A stretch of 64,000 nt of DNA. Source: Mobula birostris. Taxonomy: Eukaryota. The stretch spans positions 123,398,242 through 123,462,241 of the forward strand of contig NC_092377.1 in assembly GCF_030028105.1 (NCBI RefSeq), in the 5' to 3' direction. This document shows, piece after piece, positions 50,490 through 62,054 of this stretch; within the stretch, counting starts at the first letter, position 1; every line of letters begins with the position of its first letter. A program made the translations under genes and the position numbers. The notes below the pieces were generated by a model. That model searched no databases. It saw nothing but the letters and a program-made list of their open reading frames with translations, and was not told where the DNA came from.

Positions 50490-50930
50490 ACCAATCTTCC
50501 GTCCCCCTGGACTCACTTTACACCTCACGCTGTCGGAGCTTTGCTGCCAGGATAATCAAGGGCACGACCCACCCAGCCAACACACTTTTCGTCCCTCTTC
50601 CCTCCGGGAGAAGGCTCAGGACCTTGAAGACTCGAACCGCCAGATTTGGGAACAGCTTCTTTCCAACTGTGATAAGACTGCTGAACGGATCCTGACCAGC
50701 ATCTGCACCCTACCCTCCAAATGTCCGGACCTGCCTCTCGTTCTTCCTTTTTTTTTCACTACCTTACTGTCCATTTTCTATTTTCGATTTATGATTTATA
50801 ATTTAATTTTTTACTATTTACTATCGGTTTGTACACCAGGAAGGGGAAGCGCAGAATCAAATATCGCTGTGATGATGGTACGTTCTAGTATCAATTGTTT
50901 GCCGACAATAAAGTATAAAGAATAAAGTAG
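50490..50930 (+). mobile_element. Rex1/Babar LINE 3' end
   Basis: HPANTLFVPLPSGRRLRTLKTRTARFGNSFFPTVIRLLN then 3'UTR and AATAAAGTAT-type tail. Confidence 0.8.
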
Positions 50931-51239
50931 TCAACCTTCCCCTGTAAATGAGGTCCTAAGGTCCTGGCATCACCCTTGTATTTTTTTCCGCCGTCTTTCA
51001 TTCTTACTGATACTTTTCCGATAGGTGGGTACAACATTAAAATTAGGTCTCAGCAACGCTTTATAAAGCTTCACCACAACCTCCCAGCGTCACGACTGTC
51101 GGTGTGCTGAAGGCTTTCCTTACGGATTATCTTTCTGTGATGCCACCTTAAAAGATATTATGAATCTGATTCTCAGATTCCTCTGCTCTACTGCAGTCCG
51201 CAGTGCCCTACCACGCACCGTGTAACAATATTATGTAGC

Positions 51240-51495
51240 CCCATGGAAGTCTGGAAACTGGAACGAAGCTATTACAGCTCGATGTGTTCTGGAGTTCGAA
51301 GTTCAATCCCGGTGCTGTTCTGTAAGGAATCTCGGTATTCTCCCACTGTCCAAAGACGCACCGGTATGTTAATTGGTAATGGTAAATTGTCATGCAATTC
51401 GTTTAGAGTTAATCACGATTGCCAACGGTTTCTGGAGGAGCATAGCTTGACAGGCTGGAAGGGCCTACTCCACGCTGTATCGCTGAATAATAAAT
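51240..51495 (+). mobile_element. HE1-like V-SINE (degenerate)
   Basis: B box GTTCAATCCC; V-domain-like CCCACTGTCCAAAGAC..TTAATTGGTAATGGTAAATTGTC; CR1-like tail. Confidence 0.6.
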
Positions 51496-51596
51496 AAAGA
51501 CAAACCTTCCTTGGTCCTTCCAAATTGCAACAGCTGACACTTTTCTGCATTAAATACTATCTGCCATTTATCAACCCGGTTTTGTGCCTAGTACTG

Positions 51597-51890
51597 TTGG
51601 CGTGTGGCCAAGTGGTTAAGGCGTCGGTCCAGTGATCTGAAGGTTGCAAGCTCGAGCTTCAGCTGAGGCAGCGTGTTCTGTCCTTGAGCAAGGCACTTAA
51701 CCACACATTGTTCTGCGACGACACCGGTGCCAAGCTGTATCGGCCCTAGTGCCCTTCCTTTGGACAACATCGGTGGCGTGGAGAGGGGAGACTTACAGAA
51801 TGGGCAACGGTCGGTCTTCCATACAACCTTGCCCTGGAAACCTTCCAAGGCGCAAATCCATGGTATCACGAGACGAATGGATGCCTATGT
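51597..51890 (+). mobile_element. tRNA-derived CORE-like SINE
   Basis: TGGCCAAGTGGTTAAGG A box; TGTCCTTGAGCAAGGCACTTAACC; same family as 39255. Confidence 0.78.
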
Positions 51891-54796
51891 GTGCCTGGTC
51901 CAGATCCCACTGCAGAAAAGGCATAGTCTCTTCGGTATATAAAAAAAAACAAGCAAACTACACAACCTATTTCTCATCATACCTCTGCTTTACCACTGGC
52001 TCAAAATACAACTGTTCCTCAGTGGAACTTTTATCTCACTAGTTGTAAACTTTTTTATCATGTAAGGATAAACAGCTTAGAGATTATCCTTGACCTTTGA
52101 CCCTGCTTGATAAGAAATTTTATATCCCCGCTGACCCATCCTGGTCGCTTATTTGAACATTTCCCTGAATCTTTACATTCCAAAGAGCCGAGTTCGAAGT
52201 TATCCTTCATTAAAATTTACTGCACGTTATGACTCTTCTGGAATAAATTTAGAAACTCTCGGGACATCTATAGTTCCCTTTACCCTTTAGCCTTATCCTT
52301 CTTGAAACACGCTGCTCCTGAACACTCGTCAGCTCGTCTTTTCATGGCGCCCTCATTTCGGGCGTGAACATCTGTGATACCAGCTACTCCCAATCAGCTG
52401 AGCCTCTCATACTTTGTTTTTATTTGCTGTACATAATTTAGTGCAGGAAGATATAGTTTTATCTTGAGTCATAATGGAGAAAATCTTTCGAAGGTGATTT
52501 CAGCAGGAGAGCAAGCAGTGCTGACCTTAATGTGTTGTACTGTGGACAATATAAATCTCGTTACCTTAAGCATGTCATTCTTGCTATGCAGGGAGCGAAC
52601 CAAACGTTTGGGTGGCATTACGGAATAAAGATTTTGTCGGTTTCCGCTCAATTTTAAGAGAAGTTCTCATGTAAACGTGTAGATTCCAAAACGAAATACA
52701 AGGAAGACCCTCCTGATTATTACAGTTATGAACCATGGATTATAGCCTCGGAAGAGAACTGAGATGGGGAAAATTTCTTCACCACTGGTTCTCAGCCCAG
52801 AAGGCAGTGAGCACAGGGTGTTAAATATATTCCATCTGGATGCATTTATTACTGTTAAAGAAGACAACGTGTCCTGGAAATGCAGAGCCCATGCCAACAA
52901 AGGTGCTAACTGAGCTAGGCCCAACAGCTTCCTCCCCTCCGTCACCAGATTTCTCAATGAATATTGGTACAGTGATATACCTCAATATTTCCCTTTTTGA
53001 TTTGTTTTCTATTTCCACTGCTTATATAGAAATACGTAATACTAATTATGAACGTTCAGTTTTTATTATGTATTGTAATGCATTGCTGCCACAAGAAAGA
53101 AGATTTTACGACGTCAACCTGGAACTAATTCTAAGTTTTCTGAGAGACATCTGAAACGACCAATGGTGATTCAGCGTCTATTTGTCGGGGAACTCATTTC
53201 AAGAGCCTCAGGGTAACGTTGAATTTTCATAAAACTCTGGTTAGCCATTTGGATTACTGTACTCAATACTCTTTGGCTTTATATATGCAGGATGTCGAAA
53301 CTTTACAGAGAGTGCGAGGAGATTTACAGGATGCTCCCTGGATTGGGGGCTGCCGTCGGTCAGAGTTGGCTGTGGGTATTATCTACTAGCTATCCAGAGA
53401 CGCAAGCCTGGGCAGTACAATTTGGAGAGCAAACTATTTCCACGTAGCCAGCCTCCATCCGCAGCCCCTACGCATTGATGAACCCAAAGAACAGCAAAGA
53501 CTGATACTGGTTTGGTTCTAGCAGTGTCGCAGGAGTAGCCATTTAGTGTTGAACTCGTCAGGGACTCCAGCACCGGATTTTCCCTCGGAGTTCATTCCCA
53601 AAGCATTCCCCATGTGTGGGCATAGCTGCAAGGCAGCGGAGGTTTGAGATTAGTTTTCCCTCTGCTGGATGAGCTGCTAACCACAGCTGACGAGACACAC
53701 CTTCCGGAAGCGACTGGTTTTCAGGAGCCAGCAACCCTTCTGTCTGTGGAAATGGTTTTAACGGGCTTAGTAGCGAAGCCACAGGTGAAAGCCAGGTGCG
53801 GGACATGGTTGGCAGAGGCTATTTGAGGCTCACGCCATTGGAAATGTTTAACAGTTTGTGGGCTTGACCCCATTGCCATTCCCCGCTGAAACAATCTTAA
53901 GAGAACTGAATTAGAGAGCATATTTCATTAGGACAAGTCGATCGAAGTAGGGCTTTCTTCTTTTTTCAGTAAAGGAGGATGCGAGGCGACTTGATAGAGG
54001 TATATAAGATAATAACAGGTTTTGATCGTGCGGCGCGCAGTGCGTTTATCTCTGGTGCATCAATGCCTAATAACAGATGGCATACCCTTCAGGTGATTGG
54101 AGGAAAACGTAGCAGAGTGCCGCGGTGAGTGTTTTTTTTTCTAAAGCACAGCTGGTGAAAATTGCAAGGAACACGTAACTGTGGTGGTGGTAGCCACAGA
54201 TAAACGACGCCCTTGAAGGACGCAGACAGGCAGACGTATTAACGAGGAATGAAGGGCTATGTTGAGGTAAGTTTAAAAAAATGGAACAATAGCATGGAAC
54301 GAAGAGCTTCTTCCGCACAGTACTATTTTGTTCTATATACTGACTGTTTACTGATAGTTAGCGAGCAAAAGTTCTTTGGCACAGTGTAATTTACCTATCA
54401 GTAAATACATGTTGTTATGCCATGTTACTGATCTACAAGACGTTGTTAAGTTCTCATTTGATTACTGTGTTCAATGTTTTTCACCTTGTTGGAAGAAGTT
54501 AAGCTGGAAAATCTTCCGAAAATGTTTACACGGATGCTTCTAGATCTCGTTAGGTGGAAGTATAAGGAACTATAAGGCAGACTGGGTCTTTATTCCTTGG
54601 AGCAGAGGAGACAGTAGACTAATCTTATAGTGTTGCATAAAATCATCAGTGGCGTTGGAAGGAATCTGTTCCCTGGGTTAGGGGTTTGAGCTGACAGGCG
54701 ACAAAATTAAAAGGAGCCCGAGGAGTAATTTGTTCAGGCAAAGAATTGTGAATACATGTGACGAGCTGTCGGGGGAAAGTTTGAGTTATGTAGATA

Positions 54797-55665
54797 CAGT
54801 GGCATGCAAAAGTTTGGGCACCCCTGGTCAAAATTTCTGTTCCTATGAATAGCGAAGCGAGTAAAAGATGAACTGATTTCCAAAAGGCATAAAGTTGAAG
54901 ATGACACATTTCTTGAATATTTTAAGCAAGAAAACTTTGTTTTTTTTTATTATTTCCATCTTTTGCATTTAAAAAGAAGTAACAAAAACTGAAAAGGGCC
55001 TGAAGCAAAAGTTTCGGCACCCTGCATGGCAGTATTTAGCAACACCCCCTTTGGCAAGTATCACATTTTGTAAACCCTTTTTGCAGCCAGCTAAGAGTCT
55101 TTCAATTCTTGTTTGTGGGATTTTCTCCCATTCTTCCTTGCAAAAGCCTTCTAGTTCTGTGAGATTCTTGGGTCGTCTTGCATGCACTGCTCTTTTGAGC
55201 TCAATCCAGAGATTTTCGATGATGTTTAGGTCAGGGGCTCTGAGCGTCATGGCAAAACCTTCAGCATGCGCCTCTTGAGGTAGTCTATTGTGGATTTTGA
55301 GGTGTGTTTAGGTTCATTATCCTGTTATAGACGCCATCCTCCTTTCATCTTTGGCTTATTTACAGACGGTGTGATGTTTGCTTCCAGAATTTGCTGGTAT
55401 TTAATTGAATTCATTCTTCCCTCTACCAGTAGATGATCCCCGTGCCACTGGCTGCAACACAAGCCCAAGGCATGATCGATCAACCCCCACGCTTAACAGT
55501 TGGAGAAGGGTACTGTTCGTGAAATTTTTCACCCTTTTTTCTCCAAACATGCCTTTTCTCATTGCGACCAAAATGTTCTATTCAAAAGGGGTCAAAAGAA
55601 CATCTAAAAAAGTCTGATGCATTTTGGAAACAAGTCCGGTGGACAGATGAAGTTGAAGTAGAATA
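54797..55665 (-). mobile_element. Tc1/mariner transposon 3' half (IR/DR type)
   Basis: TA|CAGTGGCATGCAAAAGTTTGGGCACCC terminus, inner repeat at ~55005-55024; PDLNIIENLW..EEWEKIP..AKGG; WTDE segment inverted at ~55583-55665. Confidence 0.88.
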
Positions 55666-57050
55666 TTTCTCCCCATTTTGCCTGCTATTTTTTTCAACAG
55701 AGAATTGCGAGAGCCAGCTCTCCCTCGGAGTTTTTGGATGTGGGTGTCAAATGAAAGCGTCCTCTCCAGTGTCACGCCCACTTAAACTGGAGTCGGGTGA
55801 TGTTCGTGCTTCTTCCCACACCAGAAGATCTTGAGTTTCTGAGCTGCTTCTCGATTCCTTAGGTGGAATGCACACACTTGACTTTTTGATAGAATTGGGT
55901 TCAGTGACCATTTTTCATAAAACTGTTTCATTGCTTCGAAGACTGCTGAAAGTCGTACTTTAACTTCTTGGAAAGAATTAGCTTGTGCTGCTATGCATAG
56001 GTCGTCTGCATAGATAAACCTGCGTGTGTTAGGAAAGGTTGGTTGGTCATTTGTGTAAACATTAAATAGTAGAGGTGCCAAATACTCCCCGTGGTAGTCC
56101 CTTCTTTTGTGGATGCCACCTATTCTTAATTCCTTTCATTTCTACACAAAATCTGCGATTTTCTAGGAGACCAATTATTACTTTGACTGTGGTTTCGTTC
56201 TTTAACATTTTAGATAATTTCTGTAGAAGTCCTCTGTGATTCACAATGTCGTATGCTGTTGTTAAGTCAACGAATACTGTCCCTGTAAATTGTCGCATTT
56301 GAATGCCATCCTGAATATACGAGGTTAATTTCAGGACTTGACGGCAGCAAGAGTGTACTGGCCTGAACCCGGCTTGGTCTGCTGTTAGAAGACCTTAGAC
56401 TTAGGGGGATATTCTTTTCAGTATGGATCTCTCGTAGAATTCATAGAGGATGGTGCAGAGCAAGGAAATCCGTCATACTTTTTTTTTAGGAATTTTGGGC
56501 TCTTTATTGGGGTTTAGGAGAGCAACAACTTTGGCTGTTCACTTTTTAGGTAACTTTAATGATCTTAGGCCACAGTTAATAAGAGACAGAAGCCAGTGGA
56601 GTGCTTTACGTCCAAGATGCTTCAGGAATTCATTAAGAATCCCATCTATGCCAGCAGCTTTGTTGGATTTTAGCTGTGATACCTTATCCTTTAATTCTTC
56701 TAGGGTGAGAGGTCGGAAGTTGTTATTCCCATTTGAGAGAGCTGACTCCATCTCGTGATGTTGATTTTACTTTTGCCTCCGTTCCTTGTTATTTGCTCGA
56801 CCATTTAGTATTAGTTGGTGGGAAACGTGATACGCACCAGACATGATGATCCAGTGGGTGGTAAAATGGTAAATCCTTCGCCCACTGAAAATCATGAAAA
56901 TCGTTAGTGTTTGACGTTGAAGAGGAAATAATCCAGGTTCCTCTAAACGCTTCGTTTTGGTAATAATCCCCATTCCAGGCACCCTCTATGTTAACGTCCA
57001 CTCTATCTTCGTCAAAATATTTACATGCTGTCTGTAATACCGGAATTGTG
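55666..57050 (-). mobile_element. Vingi/Ingi-like LINE RT fragment
   Basis: KAAGIDGILNEFLKH, FVDLTTAYDIVNH, IYADD, SQVCAFHLRNREA, GVTLERTLSF..RNSLLKK. Confidence 0.72.
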
Positions 57051-57583
57051 CGTACTGTTCCAAGCTAACCTATCATATATATTAAGCTACTGCAATGTGA
57101 CTCTTAGCTCAGTTGTTTGAGCAATGAAGGCGGAAATGCCACACACAAAGATTTGTAAATACGAATCCTGCTTAGAGGACTCTGACTATGTACTGAATAT
57201 ATCCCGTTTAGGTTTTGTATGTAGGTTTTGACTCTGACTATGTACTGAATATATCCCGTTTAGGTTTTGTATGCTTCGAAGAAGGAGTCTGAGAGTCTGA
57301 GTGGGAGTGCCGAGAAAGACATTTTTAAAATTTTCGTTATTTTTTTCTCCAACGGCGTTCTGAGAGGCGGGACTGCGCAGGCGTGTGACGTCGGGCTGTG
57401 CAGCGCGGCAGATTTAAAAGGAACAGAGCCTCATAGAGCGGGCAGCGTAGTTTGCGGGCTGTGGAGTGAGCCGGGAGCAGACTGAAGACTTAAGGGCTTC
57501 GGCTCAACAGGCTTAGGCGGAAACAGGCGAGGCGAGGGAGGTTTGGCATTCATTTTCTGTTGTTATTTGAGGAGAGGGGCAGT

Positions 57584-58516
57584 ATGAGTGTGAGGGCAGT
57601 TTGCTGCTCTCAGTGCCTGATGTGGGAGGCCCTGGAGCCTACAAGCCTCCCGGACGTCTACATCTGCGCCAAGTGCATCGAGATGCAGCTCCTTAGGGAC
57701 CGCGTTACGGAACTGGAGCTACAGCTCGATGACCTTCGTCTGGTCAGGGAGAGTGAGGAGGTGATAGAGAGGAGCTGCAGGCAGGTGGTCACGCCGGGAC
57801 CACGGGAGGCAGACAAGTGGGTCACGGTTAGGAGGGGGAAGGGGAAAGGTCAGGTAATAGGGAGTACCCCGGTGGCTGTGCCCCTTAACAACAGGTACTC
57901 CTGTTTGAGTACTGTTGGGGACAGCTTACCCGGGAGAAGCGACAGTGGCCGTGCCTCCGGCACAGAGTCCGGCCCTGTAGCTCAGAAGGGTAGGGCAAGG
58001 AACAGGAGGGCAGTTGTGATAGGGGACTCGATAGTAAGGGGGTCAGATAGGCGATTCTGTGGACGCAGTCCAGAGACCCGGATGGTAGTTTGCCTCCCTG
58101 GTGCCAGGGTCCGGGATATTTCTGATCGTGTCCAAGATATCCTGAAGTGGGAGGTTGAGGAGCCAGAGGTCGTGGTACATATAGGTACCAATGACATAGG
58201 TAGGAAAAGGGATGAGGTCCTGAAAGGAGAATATAGGGAGCTAGGAAGGGAGTTGAGAAAAAGGACCGCAAAGGTAGTAATCTCGGGATTACTGCCTGTG
58301 CCACGCGACAGTGAGAGTAGGAATGCGATGAGGTGGAGGATAAATGCGTGGCTGAGGGATTGGAGCAGGGGGCAGGGATTCAAGTTTTTGGATCATTGGG
58401 ACCTCTTTTGGCGCAGACGTGACCTGTACAAAAAGGACAGGTTGCACTTGAATCCTAGGAGGACCAATATCCTGGCAGGGAGATTAGCGGGGGCTACTGA
58501 GGTGACTTTAAACTAG
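57584..58516 (+). CDS. CR1 ORF1p: zinc finger/leucine zipper + SGNH esterase
   Basis: ATG at 57584; CSQC..CAKC; coiled coil; GDSIVRG, GA, HIGTND, DRLH. Confidence 0.9.
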   Translation: MSVRAVCCSQCLMWEALEPTSLPDVYICAKCIEMQLLRDRVTELELQLDDLRLVRESEEVIERSCRQVVTPGPREADKWVTVRRGKGKGQVIGSTPVAVPLNNRYSCLSTVGDSLPGRSDSGRASGTESGPVAQKGRARNRRAVVIGDSIVRGSDRRFCGRSPETRMVVCLPGARVRDISDRVQDILKWEVEEPEVVVHIGTNDIGRKRDEVLKGEYRELGRELRKRTAKVVISGLLPVPRDSESRNAMRWRINAWLRDWSRGQGFKFLDHWDLFWRRRDLYKKDRLHLNPRRTNILAGRLAGATEVTLN

Positions 58517-61500
58517 AATGGTTGGGGGGTGGGAATCAAATTAAAGAGGCTAGGCGTGAGGAGGTTAGTTCACTACAGGGGGATGGGAACCAGTGCAGAG
58601 AGGCAGAGAGGTGTAAAGTGAGGGTAGAAACAAAAAGTACTATGGAGAAAAGTAAAAGTGGCAGGCCGACAAATCCAGGGCAAGCATTAAAAAGGGCCAC
58701 TTTTCAGCATAATTGTATAAGGGCTAAGAGAGTTGTAAAAGAGCGCCTGAAGGCTTTGTGTGTCAATGCAAGGAGCATTCGTAATAAGGTGGATGAATTG
58801 AAAGTGCAGATTGTTATTAATGATTATGATATAGTTGGGATCACAGAGACATGGCTCCAGGGTGACCAGAGATGGGAGCTCAACGTTCAGGGATATTCAA
58901 TATTCAGGAGGGATAGACATGAAGGAAGGGGAGGTGGGGTGGCGTTTCTGGTTTAAGAAGAGATTAACACAATAGAAAGGAAGGACATAAGCCGGGAAGA
59001 TGTGGAATCGATATGGGTAGAGCTGCGTAACACTAAGGGGCAGAAGACGCTGGTGGGAGTTGTGTACAGGCCACCTAACAGTAGTAGTGAGGTCGGAGAT
59101 GGTATTAAACAGGAAATTAGAAATGTGTGCAATAAAGGAACAGCAGTTATAATGGGTGACTTCAATCTACATGTAGATTGGGTGAACCAAATTGGTAAAG
59201 GTGCTGAGGAAGAGGATTTCTTGGAATGTATGCGGAATGGTTTTTTGAACCAACATGTCGAGGAACCGACCAGAGAGCAGGCTATTCTGGACTGGGTTTT
59301 GAGCAATGAGGAAGGGTTAATTAGCGATCTTGTCGTGAGAGGCCCCTTGGGTAAGAGTGACCATAATATGGTGGATTTCTTCATTAAGATGGAGAGTGAC
59401 ATAGTTAATTCAGAAACAAAGGTTCTGAACTTAAAGAGGGGTAACTTTGAAGGTATGAGACGTGAATTAGCTAAGATAGACTGGCAAATGACACTTAAAG
59501 GATTGACGGTGGATATGCAATGGCAAGCATTTAAAGGTTGCATGGATGAACTGCAACAAATGTTCATCCCAGTTTGGCAAAAGAATAAATCAAGGAAGGT
59601 AGTGCACCCGTGGCTGACAAGAGAAATTAGGGATAGTATCAATTCCAAAGAAGCAGTATACAAATTAGCCAGAGAAAGTGGCTCACCTGAGGACTGGGAG
59701 AAATTCAGAGTTCAGCAGAGGAGGACAAAGGGCTTAATTAGGAAGGGGAAAAAAGATTATGAGAGAAAACTGGCAGGCAACATAAAAACGGACCGTAAAA
59801 GCTTTTATAGGTATGTAAAAAGGAAAAGACTGGTAAAGACAAATGTAGGTCCCCTGCAGGCAGAAACAGGTGAGTTGATTATGGGGAGCAAGGACATGGC
59901 AGACCAATTGAATAAATACTTTGGTTCTGTCTTCACTAAGGAGGACATAAATAATCTTCCGGAAATAGTAGGGGACAGAGGGTCCGGTGAGATGGAGGAA
60001 CTGAGCGAAATACATGTTAGTAGGGAAGTGGTGTTAGGTAAATTGAAGGGATTGAAGGCAGATAAATCCCCAGGGCCAGATGGTCTGCATCCCAGGGTGC
60101 TTAAGGAAGTAGCCCAAGAAATAGTGGATGTATTAGTGATAATTTTTCAAAACTCGTTAGATTCTGGACTAGTTCCTGAGGATTGGAGGGTGGCTAATGT
60201 AACTCCCCTTTTTAAAAAAGGAGGGAGAGAGAAACCGGGGAATTATAGACATGTTAGCCTAACGTCGGTGGTGGGGAAACTGCTGGAGTCAGTTATCAAG
60301 GATGTGATAACAGCACATTTGGAAAGTGGTGAAATGATTGGACAAAGTCAGCATGGATTTGTGAAAGGAAAATCATGTCTGACGAATCTCATAGAATTTT
60401 TTGAGGATGTAACTAGTAGAGTGGATAGGGGAGAACCAGTGGATGTGGTATATTTGGATTTTCAGAAGGCTTTTGACAAGGTCCCACACAGGAGATTAGT
60501 GTGCAAACTTAAAGCACACGGTATTGGGGGTAAGGTATTGGTGTGGGTGGAGAGTTGGTTAGCAGACAGGAAGCAAAGAGTGGGAATAAACGGGACCTTT
60601 TCAGAATGGCAGGCGGTGACTAGTGGGGTACCGCAAGGCTCAGTGCTGGGACCCCAGTTGTTTACAATATATATTAATGACTTGGATGAGGGAATTAAAT
60701 GCAGCATCTCCAAGTTTGCGGATGACACGAAGCTGGGTGGCAGTGTTAGCTGTGAGGAGGATGCTAAGAGGATGCAGGGTGACTTGGATAGGTTGGGTGA
60801 GTGGGCAAATTCATGGCAGATGCAATTTAATCTGGATAAATGTGAAGTTATCCACTTTGGTGGCAAAAATAGGAAAACAGATTATTATCTGAATGGTGGC
60901 CGATTAGGAAAAGGGGAGGTGCAACGTGACCTGGGTGTCATTATACACCAGTCATTGAAAGTGGGCATGCAGGTACAGCAGGCGGTGAAAAAGGCGAATG
61001 GTATGCTGGCATTTATAGCGAGAGGATTTGAGTACAGGAGCAGGGAGGTACTACTGCAGTTGTACAAGGCCTTGGTGAGACCGCACCTGGAGTATTGTGT
61101 GCAGTTTTGGTCCCCTAATCTGAGAAAAGACATCCTTGCCATAGAGGGAGTACAGAGAAGGTTCACCAGATTGATTCCTGGGATGGCAGGACTTTCATAT
61201 GAAGAAAGAATGGATGAACTGGGCTTGTACTCGTTGGAATTTAGAAGATTGAGGGGGGATCTGATTGAAACGTATAAGATCCTTAAGGGATTGGACAGGC
61301 TAGATGTAGGAAGATTGTTCCCGATGTTGGGGAAGTCCAGAACGAGGGGTCACAGTTTGAGGATAGAGGGGAAGCCTTTTAGGACCGAGATTAGGAAAAA
61401 CTTCTTCACACAGAGAGTGGTGAATCTGTGGAATTCTCTGCCACAGGAAACAGTTGAGGCCAGTTCATTGGCTATATTTAAGAGGGAGTTAGATATGGCC

Positions 61501-61554
61501 CTTGTGGCTACGGGGGTCAGGGGGTCTGGGGGGAAGGCTGGGGCGGTGTTCTGA
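58507..61554 (+). pseudogene. CR1 ORF2p: APE endonuclease + RT, with a single premature TAA at 58954-58956
   Basis: ORFs 58522-58956 and 59002-61554 are in one frame; NARSI, ITETW, GDFN, SDH, FADD all present. Confidence 0.92.
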
Positions 61555-62054
61555 GTTGGATGATCAGCCATGATCATAATAAATGGCGGTGCAGGCTCGA
61601 AGGGCCTAATGGCCTACTCCTGCACCTATTTTCTATGTTTCTATGTTTCTATGTTTCTTCCTGAGCTCCAGTCCGATTAAGCTCTGAAAATCACAACTCT
61701 CCAGGTAACGAAAGCATTCAGTTTCAGGAAATTTCCTGATAGTTCGTCAAAATACACACATAACAGTGAATGAATTCGGCAAGTTCGGCAGCGTTTGTGG
61801 AAATAGGATGTCGACATTTCTAGCCAAGGACTTTCAGCAGTAGTGCAAACGAAAGGGAGAAGTAAGAATAAGAAGGTGGTACAGAGGTAGGAGGACAAGC
61901 TAGAAGGTGATAGGACAACGCAGGTGGATGAGTTAGGAGGGATGAAGTAAGAAGCTGGGAGAAGATATAAAGAAAAGGTAAAGGTCTAGAGAAGAAGGAA
62001 TTTGATACGAGAGGAAATGGTCCTGCACCTATGTTCTATGTTTCTATGTTTCGA

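Larger units (their letters stand above)
57290..61657 (+). mobile_element. Full-length, nearly intact CR1 LINE
   Basis: 5'UTR with GTGACGTC and GATTTAAAAG motifs, open ORF1, ORF2 with one nonsense codon, (TTCTATGT)n tail. Confidence 0.97.

Noticed and set aside
58953-59663. Long antisense ORFs over CR1 (also 5428-5982, 28639-29163)
   Set aside because: Shadow ORFs from codon bias of the sense ORF2
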